In this document: piece after piece, positions 25,851-37,799 of the stretch | Position numbering within the stretch: the stretch's first letter is position 1 | How the letters are laid out: each line of letters opens with the position of its first letter | The notes under the pieces: model-generated | Databases searched by the model: none | Seen by the model: only the letters and a program-made list of their open reading frames with translations | Told to the model about the DNA's origin: nothing | Translations under genes and position numbers: made by a program | Origin: Eledone cirrhosa | Lineage: Eukaryota | Reading direction: 5' to 3' | DNA length: 64,000 nucleotides | Assembly (NCBI GenBank): GCA_964016885.1 | Contig: OZ024745.1 | Location: 59,334,001 to 59,398,000, forward strand

Positions 25851-28800
25851 CGACTTGGAGTGAAAACCTCGACTTGGAGTGAGAACCTCGACTTGGAGTG
25901 AAAACCTCGACTTGGAGTGAGAACCTCGACTTGGAGTGAAAACCTCGACTTGGAGTGAAAACCTCGACTTGGAGTGAAAACCTCGACTTGGAGTGAGAAC
26001 CTCGACTTGGAGTGAGAACCTCGAGTTGGAGTGAAAACCTCGAGTTGGAGTGAAAACCTCGAGTTGGAGTGAAAACCTCGAGTTGGAGTGAAAATCTCGA
26101 CTTGGAGTGAAAACCTCGACTTGGAGTGAAAACCTCGACTTGGAGTGAAAACCTCGACTTGGAGTGAAAACCTCGACTTGGAGTGAAAACCTCGACTTGG
26201 AGTGTGAACCTCGACTTGGAGTGAAAACCTCGACTTGGAGTGAGAACCTCGACTTGGAGTGAAAACCTCGACTTGGAGTGAGAACCTCGACTTGGAGTGA
26301 GAACCTCGAGTTGGAGTGAAAACCTCGAGTTGGAGTGAAAACCTCGAGTTGGAGTGGAAACCTCGACTTGGAGTGAAAACCTCGACTTGGAGTGAAAACC
26401 TCGACTTGGAGTGAAAACCTCGACTTGGAGTGAAAACCTCGACTTGGAGTGTGAACCTCGACTTGGAGTGAAAACCTCGACTTGGAGTGAAAACCTCGAC
26501 TTGGAGTGTGAACCTCGACTTGGAGTGAAAACCTCGACTTGGAGTGAGAACCTCGACTTGGAGTGAAAACCTCGACTTGGAGTGAGAACCTCGACTTGGA
26601 GTGAAAACCTCGACTTGGAGTGAAAACCTCGACTTGGAGTGAGAACCTCGACTTGGAGTGAAAACCTCGACTTGGAGTGAGAACCTCGACTTGGAGTGAA
26701 AACCTCGACTTGGAGTGAAAACCTCGACTTGGAGTGAGAACCTCGACTTGGAGTGAAAACCTCGACTTGGAGTGAAAACCTCGACTTGGAGTGAAAACCT
26801 CGACTTGGAGTGAAAACCTCGACTTGGAGTGAAAACCTCGACTTGGAGTGAGAACCTCGACTTGGAGTGAAAACCTCGACTTGGAGTGTAAACTGCGACT
26901 TGGAGTGAGAACCTCGACTTGGAGTGAAAACCTCGACTTGGAGTGTAAACTGCGACTTGGAGTGAGAACCTCGACTTGGAGTGAAAACCTCGACTTGGAG
27001 TGTAAACTGCGACTCTGAGTGAAAACCTCGACTTGGAGTGAGAACATCGACTTGGAGTGAAAACCTCGACTTGGAGTGAGAACCTCGACTTGGAGTGAGA
27101 ACCTCGACTTGGAGTGAAAACCTCGACTTGGAGTAAGAACCTCGACTTGGAGTGAAAACCTCGACTTGGAGTGAAAACCTCGACTTGGAGTGAAAACCTC
27201 GACTTGGAGTGAAAACCTCGACTTGGAGTGAAAACCTCGACTTGGAGTGAAAACCTCGACTTGGAGTGAAAACCTCGACTTGGAGTGAAAACCTCGACTT
27301 GGAGTGAAAACCTCGAGTTGGAGTGAAAACCTCGACTTGGAGTGAGAACCTCGACTTGGAGTGAAAACCTCGACTTGGAGTGAAAACCTCGACTTGGAGT
27401 GAGAACCTCGACTTGGAGTGAAAACCTCGACTTGGAGTGAAAACCTCGACTTGGAGTGAAAACCTCGACTTGGAGTGAAAACCTCGACTTGGAGTTAAAA
27501 CCTCGACTTGGAGTGAGAACCTCGACTTGGAGTGAGAACCTCGACTTGGAGTGAAAACCTCGACTTGGAGTGAAAACCTCGACTTGGAGTGAAAACCTCG
27601 ACTTGGAGTGAAAACCTCGACTTGGAGTGAAAACCTCGACTTGGAGTGAAAACCTCGACTTGGAGTGAAAACCTCGACTTGGAGTGAGAACCTCGACTTG
27701 GAGTGAGAACCTCGACTTGGAGTGAAAACCTCGACTTGGAGTGAGAACCTCGACTTGGAGTGAAAACCTCGACTTGGAGTGAAAACCTCGACTTGGAGTG
27801 AAAACCTCGACATGGAGTGAAAACCTCGACTTGGAGTGAGAACCTCGACATTGAGTGAGAACCTCGACATGGAGTGAAAACCTCGACTTGGAGTGAGAAC
27901 CTCGACATGGAGTGAGAACCTCGACTTGGAGTGAAAACCTCGACTTGGAGTGAGAACCTCGACTTGGAGTGAAAACCTCGACTTGGAGTGAGAACCTCGA
28001 CTTGGAGTGAAAACCTCGACTTGGAGTGAAAACCTCGACTTGGAGTGAGAACCTCGACTTGGAGTGAGAACCTCGACTTGGAGTGAGAACCTCGAGTTGG
28101 AGTGAAAACCTCGACTTGGAGTGAAAACCTCGAGTTGGAGTGAAAACCTCGACTTGGAGTGAAAACCTCGACTTGGAGTGAAAACCTCGACTTGGAGTGA
28201 GAACCTCGACTTGGAGTGAAAACCTCGACTTGGAGTGAGAACCTCGACTTGGAGTGAAAACCTCGACTTGGAGTGAGAACCTCGACTTGGAGTGAAAACC
28301 TCGACTTGGAGTGAAAACCTCGACTTGGAGTGAAAACCTCGACTTGGAGTGAAAACCTCGACTTGGAGTGAGAACCTCGACTTGGAGTGAAAACCTCGAC
28401 TTGGAGTGTAAACTGCGACTTGGAGTGAGAACCTCGACTTGGAGTGAAAACCTCGACTTGGAGTGTAAACTGCGACTTGGAGTGAGAACCTCGACTTGGA
28501 GTGAAAACCTCGACTTGGAGTGTAAACTGCGACTCTGAGTGAAAACCTCGACTTGGAGTGAGAACATCGACTTGGAGTGAAAACCTCGACTTGGAGTGAG
28601 AACCTCGACTTGGAGTGAGAACCTCGACTTGGAGTGAAAACCTCGACTTGGAGTAAGAACCTCGACTTGGAGTGAAAACCTCGACTTGGAGTGAGAACCT
28701 CGACTTGGAGTGAAAACCTCGACTTGGAGTGAAAACCTCGACTTGGAGTGAAAACCTCGACTTGGAGTGAAAACCTCGACTTGGAGTGAAAACCTCGACT

Positions 28801-31800
28801 TGGAGTGAAAACCTCGACTTGGAGTGAGAACCTCGACTTGGAGTGAAAACCTCGAGTTGGAGTGAAAACGTCGAGTTGGAGTGAAAACCTCGACTTGGAG
28901 TGAGAACCTCGACTTGGAGTGAAAACCTCGACTTGGAGTGAGAACCTCGACTTGGAGTGAAAACCTCGACTTGGAGTGAAAACCTCGACTTGGAGTGAAA
29001 ACCTCGACTTGGAGTTAAAACCTCGACTTGGAGTGAGAACCTCGACTTGGAGTGAGAACCTCGACTTGGAGTGAGAACCTCGACTTGGAGTGAAAACCTC
29101 GAGTTGGAGTGAAAACCTCGACTTGGAGTGAAAACCTCGACTTGGAGTGAAAACCTCGACTTGGAGTGAAAACCTCGACTTGGAGTGAAAACCTCGACTT
29201 GGAGTGAGAACCTCGACTTGGAGTGAGAACCTCGACTTGGAGTGAGAACCTCGACTTGGAGTGAGAACCTCGACTTGGAGTGAAAACCTCGACTTGGAGT
29301 GAGAACCTCGACTTGGAGTGAAAACCTCGACTTGGAGTGAAAACCTCGACTTGGAGTGAAAACCTCGACTTGGAGTGAAAACCTCGACTTGGAGTGAAAA
29401 CCTCGACTTGGAGTGAGAACCTCGACTTGGAGTGAAAACATCGACTTGGAGTGAGAACCTCGACTTGGAGTGAAAACATCGACTTGGAGTGAGAACCTCG
29501 ACTTGGAGTGTAAACTGCGACTCTGAGTGAAAACCTCGACTTGGAGTGAGAACATCGACTTGGAGTGAAAATCTCGACTTGGAGTGAAAACCTCGACTTG
29601 GAGTGAGAACCTCGACTTGGAGTGAGAACCTCGACTTGGAGTGAAAACCTCGACTTGGAGTAAAAACCTCGACTTGGAGTGAAAACCTCGACTTGGAGTG
29701 AAAACCTCGACTTGGAGTGAAAACCTCGACTTGGAGTGAAAACCTCGACTTGGAGTGAAAACCTCGACTTGGAGTGAGAACCTCGACTTGGAGTGAAAAC
29801 CTCGACTTGGAGTGAAAACCTCGACTTGGAGTGAAAACATCGACTTGGAGTGAGAACCTCGACTTGGAGTGAGAACCTCGACTTGGAGTGAAAACCTCGA
29901 CTTGGAGTGAGAACCTCGACTTGGAGTGAAAACCTCGACTTGGAGTGAGAACCTCGACTTGGAGTGAAAACCTCGACTTGGAGTGAGAACCTCGACTTGG
30001 AGTGAAAACCTCGACTTGGAGTGAGAACCTCGACATGGAGTGAGAACCTCGACATGGAGTGAAAACCTCGACTTGGAGTGAGAACCTCGACATGGAGTGA
30101 GAACCTCGACATGGAGTGAAAACCTCGACTTGGAGTGAGAACCTCGACTTGGAGTGAAAACCTCGACTTGGAGTGAGAACCTCGACTTGGAGTGAAAACC
30201 TCGACTTGGAGTGAGAACCTCGACTTGGAGTGAAAACCTCGACTTGGAGTGAAAACCTCGACTTGGAGTGAGAACCTCGACTTGGAGTGAAAACCTCGAC
30301 TTGGAGTGAGAACCTCGACTTGGAGTGAGAACCTCGACTTGGAGTGAGAACCTCGAGTTGGAGTGAAAATCTCGACTTGGAGTGAAAACCTCGAGTTGGA
30401 GTGAAAACCTCGACTTGGAGTGAAAACCTCGACTTGGAGTGAAAACCTCGACTTGGAGTGAAAACCTCGACTTGGAGTGAGAACCTCGACTTGGAGTGAA
30501 AACCTCGACTTGGAGTGAGAACCTCGACTTGGAGTGAAAACCTCGACTTGGAGTGAGAACCTTGACTTGGAGTGAAAACCTCGACTTGGAGTGAAAACCT
30601 CGACTTGGAGTGAGAACCTCGACTTGGAGTGAAAACCTCGACTTGGAGTGAAAACCTCGACTTGGAGTGAGAACCTCGACTTGGATTGAAAACCTCGACT
30701 TGGAGTGAAAACCTCGACTTGGAGTGAGAACCTCGACTTGGAGTGAAAACCTCGACTTGGAGTGTAAACTGCGACTTGGAGTGAGAACCTCGACTTGGAG
30801 TGAAAACCTCGACTTGGAGTGTAAACTGCGACTCTGAGTGAAAACCTCGACTTGGAGTGAGAACATCGACTTGGAGTGAAAACCTCGACTTGGAGTGAGA
30901 ACCTCGACTTGGAGTGAAAACCTCGACTTGGAGTAAGAACCTCGACTTGGAGTGAAAACCTCGACTTGGAGTGAGAACCTCGACTTGGAGTGAAAACCTC
31001 GACTTGGAGTGAAAACCTTGACTTGGAGTGAAAACCTCGACTTGGAGTGAAAACCTCGACTTGGAGTGAGAACCTCGACTTGGAGTGAGAACCTCGACTT
31101 GGAGTGAAAACCTCGAGTTGGAGTGAAAACCTCGACTTGGAGTGAGAACCTCAACTTGGAGTGAAAACCTCGACTTGGAGTGAGAACCTCGACTTGGAGT
31201 GAAAACCTCGACTTGGAGTGAAAACCTCGACTTGGAGTGAAAACCTCGACTTGGAGTGAGAACCTCGACTTGGAGTGAAAACCTCGAGTTGGAGTGAAAA
31301 CCTCGAGTTGGAGTGAAAACCTCGACTTGGAGTGAAAACCTCGACTTGGAGTGAAAACCTCGACTTGGAGTGAAAACCTCGACTTGGAGTGAGAACCTCG
31401 ACTTGGAGTGAAATCCTCGACTTGGAGTGAGAACCTCGACTTGGAGTGAGAACCTCGACTTGGAGTGAAAACCTCGACTTGGAGTGAGAACCTCGACTTG
31501 GAGTGAAAACCTCGACTTGGAGTGAGAACCTCGACTTGGAGTGAAAACCTCGACTTGGAGTGAGAACCTCGACTTGGAGTGAAAACCTCGACTTGGAGTG
31601 AGAACCTCGACATGGAGTGAGAACCTCGACATGGAGTGAGAACCTCGACTTGGAGTGAGAACCTCGACATGGAGTGAGAACCTCGACATGGAGTGAGAAC
31701 CTCGACATGGAGTGAGAACCTCGACATGGAGTGAGAACCTCGACTTGGAGTGAAAACCTCGACTTGGAGTGAGAACCTCGACTTGGAGTGAAAACCTCGA

Positions 31801-34800
31801 CTTGGAGTGAGAACCTCGACTTGGAGTGAAAACCTCGACTTGGAGTGAAAACCTCGACTTGGAGTGAGAACCTCGACTTGGAGTGAGAACCTCGACTTGG
31901 AGTGAGAACCTCGACTTGGAGTGAAAACCTCGACTTGGAGTGAAAACCTCGAGTTGGAGTGAAAACCTCGACTTGGAGTGAAAACCTCGAGTTGGAGTGA
32001 AAACCTCGACTTGGAGTGAAAACCTCGACTTGGAGTGAAAACCTCGACTTGGAGTGAAAACCTCGACTTGGAGTGAGAACCTCGACTTGGAGTGAGAACC
32101 TCGACTTGGAGTGAAAACCTCGACTTGGAGTGAGAACCTCGACTTGGAGTGAAAACCTCGACTTGGAGTGAGAACCTCGACTTGGAGTGAAAACCTCGAC
32201 TTGGAGTGAGAACCTCGACATGGAGTGAGAACCTCGACATGGAGTGAAAACCTCGACTTGGAGTGAGAACCTCGACATGGAGTGAGAACCTCGACATGGA
32301 GTGAAAACCTCGACTTGGAGTGAGAACCTCGACATGGAGTGAGAACCTCGACTTGGAGTGAAAACCTCGACTTGGAGTGAGAACCTCGACTTGGAGTGAA
32401 AACCTCGACTTGGAGTGAGAACCTCGACTTGGAGTGAAAACCTCGACTTGGAGTGAAAACCTCGACTTGGAGTGAGAACCTCGACTTGGAGTGAGAACCT
32501 CGAGTTGGAGTGAAAACCTCGAGTTGGAGTGAAAACCTCGAGTTGGAGTGAAAACCTCGACTTGGAGTGAAAACCTCGACTTGGAGTGAAAACCTCGACT
32601 TGGAGTGAAAACCTCGACTTGGAGTGAAAACCTCGACTTGGAGTGAGAACCTCGACTTGGAGTGAAAACCTCGACTTGGAGTGAGAACCTCGACTTGGAG
32701 TGAAAACCTCGACTTGGAGTGAAAACCTCGACTTGGAGTGAAAACCTCGACTTGGAGTGAGAACCTCGACTTGGAGTGAAAACCTCGACTTGGAGTGAAA
32801 ACCTCGACTTGGAGTGAAAACCTCGACTTGGAGTGAGAACCTCGACTTGGAGTGAAAACCTCGACTTGGAGTGTGAACTGCGACTTGGAGTGAGAACCTC
32901 GACTTGGAGTGTAAACTGAGACTCTGAGTGAAAACCTCGACTTGGAGTGAGAACATCGACTTGGAGTGAAAACCTCGACTTGGAGTGAGAACCTCGACTT
33001 GGAGTGAAAACCTCGACTTGGAGTAAGAACCTCGACTTGGAGTGAAAACCTCGACTTGGAGTGAGAACCTCGACTTAGAGTGAAAACCTCGACTTGGAGT
33101 GAAAACCTCGACTTGGAGTGAAAACCTCGACTTGGAGTGAAAACCTCGACTTGGAGTGAGAACCTCGACTTGGAGTGAAAACCTCGAGTTGGAGTGAAAA
33201 CCTCGACTTGGAGTGAGAACCTCGACTTGGAGTGAAAACCTCGACTTGGAATGAGAACCTCGACTTGGAGTGAAAACCTCGACTTGGAGTGAAAACCTCG
33301 ACTTGGAGTGAAAACCTCGACTTGGAGTTAAAACCTCGACTTGGAGTGAGAACCTCGACTTGGAGTGAGAACCTCGACTTGGAGTGAGAACCTCGACTTG
33401 GAGTGAAAACCTCGAGTTGGAGTGAAAACCTCGACTTGGAGTGAAAACCTCGACTTGGAGTGAAAACCTCGACTTGGAGTGAAAACCTCGACTTGGAGTG
33501 AGAACCTCGACTTGGAGTGAGAACCTCGACTTGGAGTGAGAACCTCGACTTGGAGTGAAAACCTCGACTTGGAGTGAGAACCTCGACTTGGAGTGAAAAC
33601 CTCGACTTGGAGTGAGAACCTCGACTTGGAGTGAAACCCTCGACTTGGAGTGAGAACCTCGACTTGGAGTGAAAACCTCGACTTGGAGTGAGAACCTCGA
33701 CTTGGAGTGAGAACCTCGACTTGGAGTGAAAACCTCGACTTGGAGTGAAAACCTCGACTTGGAGTGAAAACCTCGACTTGGAGTGAAAACCTCGACTTGG
33801 AGTGAAAACCTCGACTTGGAGTGAGAACCTCGACTTGGAGTGAAAACATCGACTTGGAGTGAGAACCTCGACTTGGAGTGTAAACTGCGACTCTGAGTGA
33901 AAACCTCGACTTGGAGTGAGAACATCGACTTGGAGTGAAAACCTCGACTTGGAGTGAAAACCTCGACTTGGAGTGAGAACCTCGACTTGGAGTGAGAACC
34001 TCGACTTGGTGTGAAAACCTCGACTTGGAGTGAAAACCTCGACTTGGAGTGAGAACCTCGACTTGGAGTGAAAACCTCGACTTGGAGTGAGAACCTCGAC
34101 TTGGAGTGAAAACCTCGACTTGGAGTGAAAACCTCGACTTGGAGTGAAAACCTCGACTTGGAGTGAGAACCTCGACTTGGAGTGAAAACCTCGACTTGGA
34201 GTGAGAACCTCGACTTGGAGTGAGAACCTCGACTTGGAGTGAGAACCTCGACTTGGAGTGAAAACCTCGACTTGGAGTGAGAACCTCGACTTGGAGTGAA
34301 AACCTCGACTTGGAGTGAGAACCTCGACTTGGAGTGAAAACCTCGACTTGGAGTGAGAACCTCGACATGGAGTGAGAACCTCGACATGGAGTGAAAACCT
34401 CGACTTGGAGTGAGAACCTCGACATGGAGTGAGAACCTCGACATGGAGTGAAAACCTCGACTTGGAGTGGGAACCTCGACTTGGAGTGAAAACCTCGACT
34501 TGGAGTGAGAACCTCGACTTGGAGTGAAAACCTCGACTTGGAGTGAGAACCTCGACTTGTAGTGAAAACCTCGACTTGGAGTGAGAACCTCGACTTGGAG
34601 TGAGAACCTCGACTTGGAGTGAGAACCTCGAGTTGGAGTGAAAACCTCGACTTGGAGTGAAAACCTCGAGTTGGAGTGAAAACCTCGACTTGGAGTGAAA
34701 ACCTCGACTTGGAGTGAAAACCTCGACTTGGAGTGAAAACCTCGACTTGGAGTGAAAACCTCGACTTGGAGTGAAAACCTCGACTTGGAGGGAGAACCTC

Positions 34801-35226
34801 GACTTGGAGTGAAAACCTCGACTTGGAGTGAGAACCTCGACTTGGAGTGAAAACCTCGACTTGGAGTGAAAACCTCGACTTGGAGTGAGAACCTCGACTT
34901 GGAGTGAAAACCTCGACTTGGAGTGAAAACCTCGACTTGGAGTGAAAACCTCGACTTGGAGTGAGAACCTCGACTTGGAGTGAAAACCTCGACTTGGAGT
35001 GAAAACCTCGACTTGGAGTGAGAACCTCGACTTGGAGTGAAAACCTCGACTTGGAGTGTAAACTGCGACTTGGAGTGAGAACCTCGACTTGGAGTGAAAA
35101 CCTCGACTTGGAGTGTAAACTGCGACTCTGAGTGAAAACCTCGACTTGGAGTGAGAACATCGACTTGGAGTGAAAACCTCGACTTGGAGTGAGAACCTCG
35201 ACTTGGAGTGAACACCTCGACTTGGA

Positions 35227-35242
35227 GTAACCTCGACTTGGA
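35227..35242. other. 16-bp monomer (3-bp deletion) GTAACCTCGACTTGGA
   Basis: Seen directly; the register shifts by -3 after this point. It sits where the GTAAGAAC variant normally follows a marker cassette, so it probably derives from that variant (inference). Confidence 0.93.
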
Positions 35243-37799
35243 GTGAAAACCTCGACTTGGAGTGAGAACCTCGACTTGGAGTGAAAACCTCGACTTGGAG
35301 TGAAAACCTCGACTTGAAGTGAAAACCTCGACTTGGAGTGAAAACCTCGACTTGGAGTGAAAACCTCGACTTGGAGTGAGAACCTCGACTTGGAGTGAGA
35401 ACCTCGACTTGGAGTGAAAACCTCGAGTTGGAGTGAAAACCTCGACTTGGAGTGAGAACCGCGACTTGGAGTGAGAACCACGACTTGGAGTGAGAACCTC
35501 GACTTGGAGTGAAAACCTCGACTTGGAGTGAGAACCTCGACTTGGAGTGAGAACCTCGACTTGGAGTGAAAACCTCGATTTGGAGTGCGAACCTCGACTT
35601 GGAGTGAAAACCTCGATTTGGAGTGAAAACCTCGACTTGGAGTGAAAACCTCGACTTGGAGTGAGAACCTCGACTTGGAGTGAGAACCTCGACTTGGAGT
35701 GAAAACCTCGACTTGGAGTGAGAACCTCGACTTGGAGTGAAAACCTCGATTTGGAGTGAGAACCTCGACTTGGAGTGAGAACCTCGACTTGGAGTGAGAA
35801 CCTCGACTTGGAGTGAGAACCGCGACTTGGAGTGAAAACCTCGACTTGGAGTGAGAACCGCGACTTGGAGTGAGAACCACGACTTGGAGTGAGAACCTCG
35901 ACTTGGAGTGAGAACTTCGACTTGGAGTGAGAACCTCGACTTGGAGTGAGAACCTCGACTTGGAGTGAAAACCTCAACTTGGAGTGAAAACCTCGACTTG
36001 GAGTGAAAACCTCAACTTGGAGTGAAAACCTCGACTTGGAGTGAGAACCTCGACTTGGAGTGAGAACCTCGACTTGGAGTGAAAACCTCAACTTGGAGTG
36101 ACAACCTCGACTTGGAGTGAAAACCTCGACTTGGAGTGAGAACCTCGACTTGGAGTGACAACCTCGACTTGGAGTGAAAACCTCGACTTGGAGTGAGAAC
36201 CTCGACTTGGAGTGAAAACCTCGACTTGGAGTGAGAACCTCGACTTGGAGTGAGAACCTCGACTTGGAGTGAAAACCTCGACTTGGAGTGAGAACCTCGA
36301 CTTGGAGTGAGAACCTCGACTTGGAGTGAAAACCTCGACTTGGAGTGACAACCTCGACTTGGAGTGAAAACCTCGACTTGGAGTGAGAACCTCGACTTGG
36401 AGTGAGAACCTCGACTTGGAGTGAGAACCTCGACTTGGAGTGAGAACCTCGACTTGGAGTGAAAACCTCGACTTGGAGTGAGAACCTCGACTTGGAGTGA
36501 AAACCTCGACTTGGAGTGAGAACCTCGACTTGGGGTGAAAACCTCGACTTGGAGTGAGAACCTCGACTTGGAGTGAGAACCTCGACTTGGAGTGAGAACC
36601 TCGACTTGGAGTGAAAACCTCGACTTGGAGTGAGAACCTCGACTTGGAGTGAAAACCTCGACTTGGAGTGAGAACCTCGACTTGGGGTGAAAACCTCGAC
36701 TTGGAGTGAGAACCTCGACTTGGAGTGAGAACCTCGACTTGGAGTGAGAACCTCGACTTGGAGTGAGAACCTCGACTTGGAGTGAGAACCTCGACTTGGA
36801 GTGAAAACCTCGACTTGGAGTGAAAACCTCGACTTGGAGTGAAAACCTCGACTTGGAGTGAAAACCTCGACTAGGAGTGAGAACCTCGACTTGGAGTGAG
36901 AACCTCGACTTGGAGTGAAAACCTCGATTTGGAGTGAAAACCTCGACTTGGAGTGAAAACCTCGACTTGGAGTGAGAACCTCGACTTGGAGTGAGAACCT
37001 CGACTTGGAGTGAAAACCTCGACATGGAGTGAAAACCTCGACTTGGAGTGAAAACCTCGACTTGGAGTGAAAACCTCGACATGGAGTGAGAACCCCGACT
37101 TGGAGTGAAAACCTCGACTTGGAGTGAGAACCCCGACTTGGAGTGAAAACCTCGACTTGGAGTGAGAACCTCGACTTGGAGTGAAAACCTCGACTTGGAG
37201 TGAGAACCTCGACTTGGAGTGAAAACCTCGACTTGGAGTGAGAACCTCGACTTGGAGTGAAAACCTCGACTTGGAGTGAAAACCTCGACTTGGAGTGAGA
37301 ACCTCGACTTGGAGTGAGAACCTCGACTTGGAGTGAGAACCTCGACTTGGAGTGAGAACCTCGACTTGGAGTGAGAACCTCGACTTGGAGTGAGAACCTC
37401 GACATGGAGTGAGAACCCCGACTTGGAGTGAAAACCTCGACTTGGAGTGAGAACCCCGACTTGGAGTGAAAACCTCGACTTGGAGTGAGAACCTCGACTT
37501 GGAGTGAAAACCTCGACTTGGAGTGAGAACCTCGACTTGGAGTGAAAACCTCGACTTGGAGTGAAAACCTCGACTTGGAGTGAAAACCTCGACTTGGAGT
37601 GAGAACCTCGACTTGGAGTGAGAACCTCGACTTGGAGTGAGAACCTCGACTTGGAGTGAAAACCTCGACTTGGAGTGAGAACCTCGACTTGGAGTGAAAA
37701 CCTCGACTTGGAGTGAGAACCTCGACTTGGAGTGAGAACCTCGACTTGGAGTGAAAACCTCGACTTGGAGTGAGAACCTCGACTTGGAGTGAAAACCTC

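Larger units (their letters stand above)
1..35242. repeat. Left sub-array (domain L), marked by GTGTAAACTGCGACTCTGA cassettes, clustered GAGAACCTCGACATGG, frequent CTCGAGTT, GTTAAAAC and GTAAGAAC variants
   Basis: The marker monomer occurs at 1996, 5245, 8798, 11819, 13624, 16265, 18336, 20920, 21262, 23010, 25537, 27000, 28520, 29508, 30819, 32909 (one extra change), 33878 and 35113. I did not see it after 35.2 kb. Confidence 0.9.
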
